Source: a virus (lineage: Duplodnaviria > Caudoviricetes). Taken from it: 46,749 bases of DNA. This document shows, piece by piece, positions 34,788-43,909 of this stretch. A program made the position numbers and the translations under genes. The stretch lies in IMG/VR virus record IMGVR_UViG_3300010362_000031, positions 1 through 46,749 of that record; one strand, given 5' to 3'. Below the pieces are notes generated by a model that made no database searches, was not told the DNA's origin, and saw only the letters and a program-made list of their open reading frames with translations. Within the stretch, counting starts at the first letter, position 1; each line of letters opens with the position of its first letter.

Positions 34788-37184
34788 TCACTCGCCCGCC
34801 TGAGGCTGCGAGGTCATGTTGACCTTGTGCATGGCGACGGTCGCGGCGTTCTCGGCCTTCATGCGCTCGATCTCCATGTCGTTCGCGGCCCGCAGCTTCT
34901 CGATCTCCATGTCGTTGTTGGCCTTGAGCTGGGCCATCGCGAAGTCGTGCGCCAGCTTCTGCCGGTCGAGCGTCTGCTGGTGCTCGGCGGTCTGCTGGTT
35001 GAGCTGCATCTCTTGGCTGGCCTTCTGGTTGGCGAGGTTGGCCTGATGCCCGGCCTTCTGCTCGTTGAGCTGGGCGTCGGTCTGGGCCTTCTGCTTGTTG
35101 ATCTCGATCTCGGCCTGGGCGAGCGCCATGGCCTGGGCGGCCTGGGGATCGGGCTTGGGCGGCTTGGGAGGCCCGGTCACGCTCGGCGGCGGCGGGACGG
35201 TCGGGTCTTGCACCGCCCAGTTCGACTTGAAGCCCGCGTTCTCCGAGAGCTTGGTGACCGTGTCGTAGATGTTCTTGCCAAAGACCAGCGGGCCATCGAT
35301 CCCGCCCTGGGCCATGACGATCTGCTGCTGCACGTTCAGCAGCGCCATGAGGTGGCTCATGATCTGGTCGCGATTGCCGGTGCCCAGGCCGACGCTGACC
35401 GAGACGGTCATGTCGTTCTTCCACTGCGCCGGGTCGGTCTGCAGCGGCGCGCCGGAGACCCTGATGATGCGCTCCTGCTGGGCGTGCTTCTTGATCAGGC
35501 CGAGGATGCCTCGGACCATTTTCTGCACCGAGAAGGCGAAGATCCTGGCGATCAGCTCGACCCGCTGCGCGGCGGCCTGCTGGATCAGGTTGACGCCGGT
35601 CGCGGTCTTGTTGAGGTCGTCGGGATCGAGGCCCTGGTTGTGCCGCGAGATGCCGGTGCGGACCTCGGCGGTCTGGTCCATGTACTCAACGAGGCCCTGC
35701 GCCTTCTCGGCGACAAAGGGCGTCACCAGCGGGACGACGCCGTCAGCCTGCCGGCTGCGGACGATGCCGCCGGGCTTTGACGTCAGCAGGTCGTCGTAGG
35801 TCTCGTCGGTCGCCGCGCCCTCGACCACGAGGTGGCGCGGGTTGTTGGTCAGGTAGATGTTGTCGAGCATCTGGCGGATCAGCGTGCTCTTGATCCGCTG
35901 CAGGTCCATCACGAGGTCGGCGACCGACATCCCGACCAGTTTGTGCGGCATCGGCACCGGGCAGAGGTAGTCGAACGGGATCTCGTCCACCTCCTCGATG
36001 TCGGGCTTGCCGTTCTTGCGCAGGATCGTCGCGGCCTTGTTGACCGTCGTGACCTTCAGCAGCTCGGCGACGCCATCGCCGTCGTAGTCGGCCATGACGT
36101 AGTTCTCTTCGCGCCACAGCGTCCGCATCGGCTTGTCGGTGCGGTCGCCCGCGAACGGCATGTCATCGTCGGGCGCGTAGCGCTGCAGGCGCTCGGAGTT
36201 GTAGTCGTCGCTGTCGGCCCAGCCGATCTCCTCCAGGCACTCGCGGTCGTAGCCTTCCTGCAGGAGCTGGCTCTGGGTGACCGGAGAGCGGTGGCAGAGG
36301 AACGGGATATCGTCGCGGGTCGAGCGCCGGCTGAACAGGATCTCCTCCGGCGGCACGTTACGCACCATGATCCGGCCCTGCTTGCGGGTCACGCGGATCT
36401 TGCAGTCGTAGAGCTTGGGGCGCTGCTGGCCGGGTATGTCGGGGATCGGCTGCGGCGCGTCCTCGCCCATGCCCGAGGGCGTCGGGGCCGGGTAGCTGGT
36501 CTCCTCGATGATCTCGACCTCGGCCGAGCTGTTCGGGTCGCCGAGATCGCGCAGCTTGGCCGCGTACTCCTCCTCGGTCAGCCCGGTGAAGCTGTTGGTC
36601 TCGCGGACCTTCTCCTCGCTCCACCAGCGCTTGATCCAGCCGACCTTCTGCAGCAGGCCGTCCTTGAACCAGTCGTGCAGGATGAGGAACCCGTCATTGT
36701 CCACGTTGAACACATGGTTTGTGTACACAGTGGCCTGCCGGGCGGCCTCCTCGGGGTCCATCGGCGGCGGCATGCCGGGCGCGGTCGGTGGCGGCGTCAT
36801 CGAGGTGCGCACCGGGGCCAGCTCGGCGATCTGATCGCTGGCGGTGAAGATCCTCAAGAGGGCCGGCAGCACCCACTCGACCGTCTCCAGCACCGTCAGC
36901 ATGACGACCCGCGAGCGGTTCTGCCCTGGCGGCGGGTTGGCGAACTCCTCGCCCTGGTAATAGGACATCAGCTCTTGCCGGTCCTGGGCGAGCTTGCCGT
37001 CCTCCGCGCCGACAGCGGTGCTCATCTCCTTGGCGATGATCACCTTCAGCTCGTCGGCCGGCATCATGCGCTTGGCGTCGCGGCGCGGCGTGCGGCCGAT
37101 CACGGCGTTCGCCCGAGCGAACGGGTCGTCGCTAAAGATCTGGGTCGGCGCGCTGCTATCCAGTGGCGGCATCGGCCTCACCAT
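34788..37184 (-). CDS. Portal protein
   Basis: YYQGE...SRVV..VLETVEWVLPALLRIF...DWFKDGLLQKVG...VPPEE...DLQRIKSTLIRQMLDN...TATG; long Q/A-rich barrel. Confidence 0.92.
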   Translation of the reverse strand: MVRPMPPLDSSAPTQIFSDDPFARANAVIGRTPRRDAKRMMPADELKVIIAKEMSTAVGAEDGKLAQDRQELMSYYQGEEFANPPPGQNRSRVVMLTVLETVEWVLPALLRIFTASDQIAELAPVRTSMTPPPTAPGMPPPMDPEEAARQATVYTNHVFNVDNDGFLILHDWFKDGLLQKVGWIKRWWSEEKVRETNSFTGLTEEEYAAKLRDLGDPNSSAEVEIIEETSYPAPTPSGMGEDAPQPIPDIPGQQRPKLYDCKIRVTRKQGRIMVRNVPPEEILFSRRSTRDDIPFLCHRSPVTQSQLLQEGYDRECLEEIGWADSDDYNSERLQRYAPDDDMPFAGDRTDKPMRTLWREENYVMADYDGDGVAELLKVTTVNKAATILRKNGKPDIEEVDEIPFDYLCPVPMPHKLVGMSVADLVMDLQRIKSTLIRQMLDNIYLTNNPRHLVVEGAATDETYDDLLTSKPGGIVRSRQADGVVPLVTPFVAEKAQGLVEYMDQTAEVRTGISRHNQGLDPDDLNKTATGVNLIQQAAAQRVELIARIFAFSVQKMVRGILGLIKKHAQQERIIRVSGAPLQTDPAQWKNDMTVSVSVGLGTGNRDQIMSHLMALLNVQQQIVMAQGGIDGPLVFGKNIYDTVTKLSENAGFKSNWAVQDPTVPPPPSVTGPPKPPKPDPQAAQAMALAQAEIEINKQKAQTDAQLNEQKAGHQANLANQKASQEMQLNQQTAEHQQTLDRQKLAHDFAMAQLKANNDMEIEKLRAANDMEIERMKAENAATVAMHKVNMTSQPQAGE

Positions 37185-37398
37185 GGGTGTTGGCTGGCGC
37201 GTCAGGCAGCGTTTCGGGATCTGGCGGTCGGCCCTGGCGCAGGGCGTTGAGCTGGCCCTGGAGGCCGCCGATCCGCATCTTGAGCATGGCGATCTCGGCG
37301 CGCAGGTCTTTGCTGGCCTGCAGCGCCTCGATCATCGTTTCGAGCCGGCCGACCCGCTCCTTCAACTCGAGGAACAGGACGACGTCGTGGCTGCTCAC
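37156..37398 (-). CDS. Small coiled-coil protein
   Basis: LKERVGRLETMIEAL...; GTGA coupling. Confidence 0.55.
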   Translation of the reverse strand: MSSHDVVLFLELKERVGRLETMIEALQASKDLRAEIAMLKMRIGGLQGQLNALRQGRPPDPETLPDAPANTHGEADAATG

Positions 37399-37586
37399 TT
37401 CTTTTCGCGGGTCTCGCGGTGCTCGTGATCGCGGTCAGCGCGAAGTCCCGCAGGCGCGGCCTTCGCGGCGGCCTTCTCGGCCTCGGCGAGCTGCTCGGCG
37501 AGCGGAGGCGGTGCCCGGCCGGTGATGTCCTCGGGCGTTGCGCCGCCCGCCAGGGCCATCTCCATGAGGCGTGCAAAGTCGCTCAT
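37395..37586 (-). CDS. Small hypothetical protein
   Basis: AAGGAG RBS; MSDFARLME. Confidence 0.6.
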   Translation of the reverse strand: MSDFARLMEMALAGGATPEDITGRAPPPLAEQLAEAEKAAAKAAPAGLRADRDHEHRETREKK

Positions 37587-37596
37587 GCTCTCCTCC

Positions 37597-37929
37597 TTAC
37601 GATGCGGTGATGGTCAACGAATTGCTCGCCGGAGCGGCGGTCGCGCCGCCGAGGTTGCGAGCGGTCACGATGCAGTCGATAGCGACGCCGACATGGGCCG
37701 CCAGGGGCGTGAAGGTCGGGAAGGTCGCGCCTCTGATCGCGGCGGCGGCGGCCCGCCACTGGTAGCTGTAGGAGCTAGCGATCTCGCTGCCCATGTTGTT
37801 CCAGTTGCCGTTTGTCACGGCCAGCTCCTGGCCGCACTTGGCGCTGCCGGTCACCGCCGGCACTGACGTGTTCACCGGGAGCGGCGTGTTGGTCCGGCCG
37901 CTCTCCATCAGTCGCGAGAAGTCGCTCAT
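37597..37929 (-). CDS. Stand-alone Ig-like domain protein
   Basis: PVNTSVPAVTG...G..L....G.W...YSYQWR...I.GAT...I.C.VTA.N. Confidence 0.7.
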   Translation of the reverse strand: MSDFSRLMESGRTNTPLPVNTSVPAVTGSAKCGQELAVTNGNWNNMGSEIASSYSYQWRAAAAAIRGATFPTFTPLAAHVGVAIDCIVTARNLGGATAAPASNSLTITAS

Positions 37930-37965
37930 TGCGCTCCCTCCTTCGCTGATCGTTAAACCAGGGCA

Positions 37966-38445
37966 TCACCGGCTCTTCAGCTCGCGGAATTTTTCGTTGT
38001 GGACGTAGATCACCGGCTCGATGTCGTTGACGCTTTTGACGATGCGCGAGCAGCCGGCGATGCGGTGCTGGCTCGCATCAACCTCGGTGAGCGGCACCCA
38101 CCACACGCCGTCGTCAAACCGCACGACAAAGACCGCCGGCACGCGCAAGCCCATGCTCGCCATGGTCAGAGCGAGCCATTTGCGGACGTTGAGGAAGACG
38201 CCAGGGTATTTCTCGCGGCGGTGATGCCGGCTCTTCAGCTCCAGCACGCCGATCAGGCGTCCGTGGCGCTCGGCGTACCAGTCAACTGGCGCGAGCGCCC
38301 CGAATGATCGCACCCGACAGTCCCAATGGCCGCTCACCAGGGCGGCGACATCGGCCTCGTTGGCCTGATCCTCTCGCGTCTGAAAGATCGGCGTGCCGTC
38401 AATGTGGACGACGTTTTGCCGGTCGTAATAGGCAGGCTCGCTCAT
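37966..38445 (-). CDS. PD-(D/E)XK-family nuclease-like protein
   Basis: E...VDW...LELKSR...K...VVRFDDG; ATGA overlap with terL. Confidence 0.6.
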   Translation of the reverse strand: MSEPAYYDRQNVVHIDGTPIFQTREDQANEADVAALVSGHWDCRVRSFGALAPVDWYAERHGRLIGVLELKSRHHRREKYPGVFLNVRKWLALTMASMGLRVPAVFVVRFDDGVWWVPLTEVDASQHRIAGCSRIVKSVNDIEPVIYVHNEKFRELKSR

Positions 38446-39767
38446 ACAACCGCCAAGTCCGGATATTTGATCGGCCGGGCCATGCCGGCGTTGCGCAGGT
38501 TGCCGAGCGCGAGGTAGCGGAAGGCGTCGGCGGCGTGGCTGGTCCAGTCGTGCAGCGGCCGGTCGCTGTAGGTGCGCAGCGCCTCGTTCCAGCTCCGGCG
38601 GTAGTTCTGCAGCGCCGAGATCCCGCGCTGACACTTCTCGGCGTCGAAGAAGCACCTGGGCAGCATCATCCGCACCGCGTTGATGCCGTCCTCGATCCTT
38701 TGGTTCGGCAGCACCTGGGCGCGGCCCAGGCCGAGGCTGCGCAGCGTCTCCAGCCGGCTGCGCCCGGTGCCCAGCTCGCGCGCCTCGGCGTCGTGCGGCA
38801 GGACGTGCTCGCCCCATTTCCAGGGCCGGCGGTCCAGCTCGCGCACATACCAGTCGAGACCGACGCCGCTGTTCTCGATGTAGTCGATCAGCCGGACCTC
38901 CTGGCCGACGAGCTGCACGCACCAGATCGCGGTCGCGTCGCCGATCCCGAGATCCCAGGCCGTGTGAACCGGGATCGTCGGCTCGTGGAGCACCTTGGTG
39001 ATCCGGCGCTCCTTCTCGACCGCCTCCATCAGGCCGCCGTAGTAGCTGCCCATCACGCCGGCATCGAACGAGACCAGATACTCCTGGCGGAACCGCGCCT
39101 CGCCGTCGTCGGGGCCGTACTCGCGGATCAGCTCGGTGCGCTCGACCTGGAGCTGCTCGGCGGTGAAGACCGTCGTCTCGGTCGCCGGGAGCTGCTCGGC
39201 GAACCATGTCTTGTCCTGGCGCGCGGCCTCGTAGAACGTCGAGGCGTGATTGCGACCGCGCGGCGTCGTGATGAAGAGCGCCCAGCCGCCATTCTCGGCG
39301 AGGATCGGCCGCAGGTAGCCCCAGGCCGAGGGGTCGGCGAGGGCGAACTCGGAGAAGACGACGCCGACCGGCGGCGAGCCGACCAACGAGTTGTAATTGT
39401 CCGAGCCGACGAGCTGCCAGTGCGAGCCGTTTCTGAAGCGGATCGCCATGTCGGTCTCGCGCGTGCTCTCGCGCAGCTCGCGCGGGAAGGCCTCGTTGAC
39501 CCGGCGCAGCCCGGTGTGCGGGTTGACGGCGTCCCAGACCGCCTTCCTGGCCTGATTGGCCTCCGGCAGCATGTGCCAGTAGACGCCGACGCGCATCGTC
39601 GCGGCGACCATGGTCCAGTGCAGGCAGACCTCATCCTTCCCTGCCCGGCGGTGCCATATGGCGACGGCGCGCTTGCCGCCTCTCTCCAGGTAAGCCCAGA
39701 GATCTCTCTGATAGGGCCGAGGTCGCCAGCCGTTGGCCGGAACCTGGATCGGCCCCTTCTGGTCCAG
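38442..39767 (-). CDS. terL: Terminase large subunit (non-canonical start; frame open to 39782)
   Basis: In-frame RPYQ and Walker A WHRRAGKD lie upstream of the called ATG (39611); VVFSE, FITTPRGRN, AWDLGIGDAT, HDWTSHAADAFRY. Confidence 0.9.
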   Translation of the reverse strand: MDQKGPIQVPANGWRPRPYQRDLWAYLERGGKRAVAIWHRRAGKDEVCLHWTMVAATMRVGVYWHMLPEANQARKAVWDAVNPHTGLRRVNEAFPRELRESTRETDMAIRFRNGSHWQLVGSDNYNSLVGSPPVGVVFSEFALADPSAWGYLRPILAENGGWALFITTPRGRNHASTFYEAARQDKTWFAEQLPATETTVFTAEQLQVERTELIREYGPDDGEARFRQEYLVSFDAGVMGSYYGGLMEAVEKERRITKVLHEPTIPVHTAWDLGIGDATAIWCVQLVGQEVRLIDYIENSGVGLDWYVRELDRRPWKWGEHVLPHDAEARELGTGRSRLETLRSLGLGRAQVLPNQRIEDGINAVRMMLPRCFFDAEKCQRGISALQNYRRSWNEALRTYSDRPLHDWTSHAADAFRYLALGNLRNAGMARPIKYPDLAVV

Positions 39768-39774
39768 GGGCGTG

Positions 39775-40215
39775 TCAGAAACCTATGGGTGGAGTGATCC
39801 CGTCAGGCAGCGGGTAGCCGTTCTTCTCGCACCAGTTCGCCACGTCCTGGTCGCTGACCATCGCCTCGGCGAATTTGGGCATGATCACCGCGAGGCCGGC
39901 GTCGATCTCACCGACCAGCGTCGTCTCGGTCGCCTCGTCGTTGTAGGCGTTGAGGTGGCTGCGGACGTCGTCGGTGACGTTCGGCACCTCCAAGAGGTAC
40001 GGCATGACCTGGGACACGTAGGTGCCGCTGTAGAGCGGCAGACGCTCGGCCAGGACGCGCTGGCGCACCCAGTCGGGGTCGGGTGCGGTGTCAGTCGGCG
40101 GCAGCGGCAGGCTGGTGGTGTAGCTCGCCCAGGCGATGAGCCGCGAATAGGTGCGGTCCTGGCAGACCTGGGAGCGCGGGAAGGCGGCGATGCACTCGTC
40201 CTTGCTAGCGGCCAT
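39775..40215 (-). CDS. Hypothetical protein associated with tail fibre 2
   Basis: GGAG RBS, overlaps the fibre stop. Confidence 0.6.
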   Translation of the reverse strand: MAASKDECIAAFPRSQVCQDRTYSRLIAWASYTTSLPLPPTDTAPDPDWVRQRVLAERLPLYSGTYVSQVMPYLLEVPNVTDDVRSHLNAYNDEATETTLVGEIDAGLAVIMPKFAEAMVSDQDVANWCEKNGYPLPDGITPPIGF

Positions 40216-42328
40216 GCTGCAGCTCCTCGACCTGTTCTGAAAGCTCCTGCACGGCCTTCCACAGGACAGCGGTCAGCTCGTGATAGGCGAGGCCGTGCCG
40301 GTCGCGGCTGACGACATGTCCGCCAAAGTCATGGCCGGCGCTCGCCATGGCCGCGCCGACCTCCTGGGCAACAAAGCCCCAATGCTGGCGGCCTCGGTCG
40401 TGCCGGGCCGGCTTCGCCCAGCGGTAGCGCTGCGGGTTGATCGCGCGCACCAGGGCGAGGCAATCGGGCAGCCCCTCGATGTCGGTCTTGTCGCGCCGGT
40501 CGCTGGCGTTGGTGAAGGCGTAGGAGGTGCAGTTGCTCCAGGCGAAGCCCGCCGCACCGCACTGAAAGAGATTGTTCTGCATCGAGCCAAAGAGCGTGTC
40601 ATTCCACGCAAAGCGGTTGCCGACGCGGTAGAGGACCGCCGATGGCCCCCAGCCGCCGCCGGGGTCGGTGCCGTACAAGACCCAGGTGTAACCGCTCGTG
40701 CCCCGGTCGCCAAACGTATAGCCCGCGCTTGCGCCGGTTGAAGTGATGGAGGTGGCGGTAATCGCCCCGACGAAGAGATTGTCGTAAATCTGGACGGTGC
40801 GGTTGCCGCTCGCCGTCCCAGCCCCGATGATCGAGAGCGCGCCACTATTTGCTACGCGGTAGTCGATGCGACCGGCGCTCGCCTCGTCGCCCGAGACCTG
40901 CTTGAAGCGCCAGACCGTGCTGCTGAAAAAGGCGCGGTCGGTCTGCCCTCCGATGTCGCCGGACGGATAGACAACGAGGCCTTGGCCGGTGATCCACGCC
41001 ATCTCGGGCGATGCGGCGATGCCTTGAAAGCGGTGCCCGGTGTTGCGGTAGTAGTTGGTCTTGTCGGCCCCGCCGCCGAGGAGGAGACCTTGGTTCGCCG
41101 CGCTGTCATAGACGATGACGTAGCTGCTGTTCGCCCACGCCACAGCGACGCTATTTGAGTAATACGTGCCGCTGCTGGCGATGTGCGCGAAGTTGCTACC
41201 GCTATAGCTCTGGAAGAGTACGTTGGCGTTGCCGGAACCGAGCTTGATGGCGGTGTTGCCGGTGTCGGCGTAGATAAACGGCCCGCCCGTGCCGTTGATC
41301 GTGCCGGTGCTGTTGCCAAAGTAGTGATACTGCCCGCCGTGGGTCAGGTTGGCAGTGGTGCCCGACAGCAGCATCAATTGGGTGCCGTCGTTCTTGTACC
41401 ACGCGAAGGCGCCATTCCCCGTCCCGAGCTGCCACGCGATGTTGGTCGTGTCGCCGTACATCCTGGGGCCAGCGCCCGAGGTAACCCCCGCGAAATAGAG
41501 GTTGTTGCCGGCGAGCGACATGATACCGCCAGCAATCGTGACGGCAGTAGCCCCGCTGTTCGTCAGGTAGAGCACGCTGCCGCCGACGGAGAACGGCTGG
41601 TATGAGGCAAACCCAGTGTTATCGACGCCCTCAAGGGTCGTTCCGCTCGCATTGGTGAAGAGCCGCGCGCCCTTGGTGGTGCCACCAATGACCAGATGCG
41701 GCGACGAGGCGTCGCCAAGCGAGATCGTCAGCCTGCCGGTCAGCGTCCCGCCGGTCAGCGGCAGGTAGCCGGCGAGTTGCGCCGTCGTCGCATAACCCTT
41801 CGCCGTCACCCAGGCGGTCGTCGCGACGTTCGTGCTGTTGTCGGCGGCGGCAGGCGAGGCGGCGAGGGTCAGCGCGGTCGGCGTCAGGGTCGCCGCCGTG
41901 GCGAGCGCGCCGTTCGTCGCGAGATTGATCAGCAATTGCCCGGTGCGGGTCGCGTCGGTCGTGTTGGTCAGGCCGGCGCGCAACAGCGCGACGGAACGCG
42001 CCTGCGTCGTCGTCCAATCCGCCAGATCGATGCTCGCAAAATTGCCGGTGCTGGCCGGCGCGGTGTTCTCGACGCGGATGGTTGCCGCCCCAGCGCTGTT
42101 CTGCACCAGGAGCGGGTTGGCGACGGTCGCGCCGTTGTTGACGGTCAGCGCGCCGGTCATCGTGTCGCCGGCCGTCTTGACGTACGGCCCACCGCTCGGC
42201 GGCGCGGTCAGCCAGGGCGCGACATTCCTCCAGGTCGCGCCGGCATCATCCCAGGAGACGACCGCATCGGTCGCCTGCACCGTGTAGAGCGGCGTGACCG
42301 CCAGCGAGCCGGCGACGGGTGTGCTCAC
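40205..42328 (-). CDS. Tail fibre 2 with C-terminal S74 chaperone
   Basis: YVKTAGDTMTGAL and YLPLTGGTLTG repeats; ASDRRDKTDI...INPQRYRW...GFVAQEV...LWKAVQEL. Confidence 0.85.
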   Translation of the reverse strand: MSTPVAGSLAVTPLYTVQATDAVVSWDDAGATWRNVAPWLTAPPSGGPYVKTAGDTMTGALTVNNGATVANPLLVQNSAGAATIRVENTAPASTGNFASIDLADWTTTQARSVALLRAGLTNTTDATRTGQLLINLATNGALATAATLTPTALTLAASPAAADNSTNVATTAWVTAKGYATTAQLAGYLPLTGGTLTGRLTISLGDASSPHLVIGGTTKGARLFTNASGTTLEGVDNTGFASYQPFSVGGSVLYLTNSGATAVTIAGGIMSLAGNNLYFAGVTSGAGPRMYGDTTNIAWQLGTGNGAFAWYKNDGTQLMLLSGTTANLTHGGQYHYFGNSTGTINGTGGPFIYADTGNTAIKLGSGNANVLFQSYSGSNFAHIASSGTYYSNSVAVAWANSSYVIVYDSAANQGLLLGGGADKTNYYRNTGHRFQGIAASPEMAWITGQGLVVYPSGDIGGQTDRAFFSSTVWRFKQVSGDEASAGRIDYRVANSGALSIIGAGTASGNRTVQIYDNLFVGAITATSITSTGASAGYTFGDRGTSGYTWVLYGTDPGGGWGPSAVLYRVGNRFAWNDTLFGSMQNNLFQCGAAGFAWSNCTSYAFTNASDRRDKTDIEGLPDCLALVRAINPQRYRWAKPARHDRGRQHWGFVAQEVGAAMASAGHDFGGHVVSRDRHGLAYHELTAVLWKAVQELSEQVEELQHGR

Positions 42329-42360
42329 CGGCCGCCGTTAACTATTTTGCATGCCAGCAT

Positions 42361-42396
42361 TTGACGGGTTGCCCGTTGCTGTGGGTGTTGGCAACA
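42361..42396 (+). promoter_or_regulatory. Putative promoter with operator TGTTGGCAACA
   Basis: TTGACG at 42361; perfect palindrome at 42386-42396 upstream of the + strand island. Confidence 0.55.
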
Positions 42397-42431
42397 TGGG
42401 TCAAACGGGAGGGCAACGTTGGAACGCGATC

Positions 42432-42635
42432 ATGGACAATGACGACGCGAAGCGGACGCTGTTGGAGATCCGGTCTGTCGTGGCGCGGATCTATCCCTTT
42501 GGTGACGACGACACGGTCGATGCGCGCTACGCGATGGCGTTCGGCCTGATCGCCGGGATCGCCACCGAGGCGCTGATGGCGGTGCGCAGCAACCGGCCGA
42601 TGAAGATCAACCTCAAGGAGCCGCCGCATGCCTGA
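42432..42635 (+). CDS. Hypothetical protein
   Basis: MDNDDAKRTLL...; first gene of an overlapping + strand chain. Confidence 0.55.
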   Translation: MDNDDAKRTLLEIRSVVARIYPFGDDDTVDARYAMAFGLIAGIATEALMAVRSNRPMKINLKEPPHA

Positions 42636-42885
42636 CATGGAGCAGCTCTACGCCTGGACCGAGATCGAGGACGGCTACGAGGCGATCATCGTGACGACCT
42701 TCCCAGGCCGCTCGATTGTGCGCGGCAGCCGCGACATGCCGCTGCAGCACAACCGGCTCGATGCCTGCGAGCGGTTTCGCGAGATCGCGCTCGACCATGG
42801 CCGCAAGACCGGGCACCGCGTGCGCCTTGTCCGGTTTGACCGGGCACGCGTTGTTGAAGAACACAACCCAGGGGAGGAGAGCTGA
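42628..42885 (+). CDS. Hypothetical protein
   Basis: AAGGAG RBS; LYAW...RVRLVRF. Confidence 0.6.
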   Translation: MPDMEQLYAWTEIEDGYEAIIVTTFPGRSIVRGSRDMPLQHNRLDACERFREIALDHGRKTGHRVRLVRFDRARVVEEHNPGEES

Positions 42886-43181
42886 TGTCGATAGCCGTCC
42901 TTGAGACCGCCAGGGCCTACAACCAGCGCACCGATGGCCGCCGGCTGGAGCACCGCCGGGCGGTCGGCTGTGTCGCCGAGGTCGCCGGCCAGCTCGCGCA
43001 GAACGCCGAGATCATCGCGAGCGCGGCCGAGAAGGTGCTCGCGACCGGCGGGCGGCTTGAGGTCGCGCCGCAGATGCATTTCCTCGTCGGTGCGCTGATG
43101 CGGCTGGTCAAGGACATCGCGGTCGTGGAGCACCTGCAGAAGCTGCACACCGCGCAGCGCCGGCCAATGGCGGTGAAGTGA
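42885..43181 (+). CDS. Hypothetical protein
   Basis: GAGGAG RBS, TGATG coupling. Confidence 0.6.
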   Translation: MSIAVLETARAYNQRTDGRRLEHRRAVGCVAEVAGQLAQNAEIIASAAEKVLATGGRLEVAPQMHFLVGALMRLVKDIAVVEHLQKLHTAQRRPMAVK

Positions 43182-43366
43182 TGACCGGCGAAGAGTTCCG
43201 CGCCATCGCGGAGGTGGCGATCCCTCAGGTTGCTGCATTTCTCGACCGCTTCCCCGACATGCTCTGCGTGATGCGGATCACCGGCAAATTCGGCTCGGTC
43301 GTCATCGGGCTAGAGGAGGACAACGATGACCAAGGATCAGGCAACGACGGTGCGCGTGCGGGTTGA
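43178..43366 (+). CDS. Hypothetical protein
   Basis: Coupled start. Confidence 0.5.
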   Translation: MMTGEEFRAIAEVAIPQVAAFLDRFPDMLCVMRITGKFGSVVIGLEEDNDDQGSGNDGARAG

Positions 43367-43523
43367 GACCGCGCTCCTCGGCCTCAAGGAGGCGATCAGC
43401 GCCATGCCGGCCATCCAGGCCGGCGAGGGCAGCGTCGATGAGGAGATCGCCGAGAGCCTGGAGGAGGCGCTGCAGGCCGCCGAGACCGCCCAGGCGGCGC
43501 TGAAGAACATCATCGGGTTCTGA
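43326..43523 (+). CDS. Small acidic helical protein
   Basis: GAGGAGG RBS; IAESLEEALQAAE. Confidence 0.6.
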   Translation: MTKDQATTVRVRVETALLGLKEAISAMPAIQAGEGSVDEEIAESLEEALQAAETAQAALKNIIGF

Positions 43524-43602
43524 TGGACCGGACGGACTGGGCCTGGATCGCCCTCCTGTGCTCCTGCTTCATCCTCGGCTGGGTGATCCGAAAGATGGGC
43601 CG

Positions 43603-43764
43603 GTGATCAACCTGGAGACGCTCTACTGGCTCAATCTGATGACCGCCGGGGCGCTGCTGGCGGTCATGATCGTGGCGAAGCACCCGCTCCTGCTGGCGGC
43701 CCTGGCGCTCGCCCAGACCGGGTGCGTCGCGCTGGCGATCTGGATGCTCGCTATCGCCTCCTAG
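43603..43764 (+). CDS. Small two-TM membrane protein
   Basis: Hydrophobic LYWLNLMTAGALLAVMIV and LLLAALALAQ segments. Confidence 0.4.
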   Translation: MINLETLYWLNLMTAGALLAVMIVAKHPLLLAALALAQTGCVALAIWMLAIAS

Positions 43765-43909
43765 AGGCCTTCTGCAGCCCCTTTTTGGTCGGCTTGTTGC
43801 CGCGCATCAGCCCGGCCTTGTTGAGCGTGCCGTAGACCGCGCCGGGGTTACCGGGGTATTCGCGCTTCAGCTTGGTCTCGACCTGGGCGACCTTGGAGCC
43901 TTTTGGCAT
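43751..43909 (-). CDS. Small basic protein (52 aa, not in ORF track)
   Basis: GAGGAGG RBS; MPKGSKVAQVETKLKREYPGNPGAVYGTLNKAGLMRGNKPTKKGLQKASRRR. Confidence 0.6.
   Translation of the reverse strand: MPKGSKVAQVETKLKREYPGNPGAVYGTLNKAGLMRGNKPTKKGLQKASRRR

Noticed and set aside
19095-37250. Long + strand ORFs opposite structural genes (e.g. 19095-21152, 25226-26404, 35832-37250)
   Set aside because: Antisense shadow ORFs typical of high-GC coding DNA; the minus-strand frames carry the recognisable motifs.
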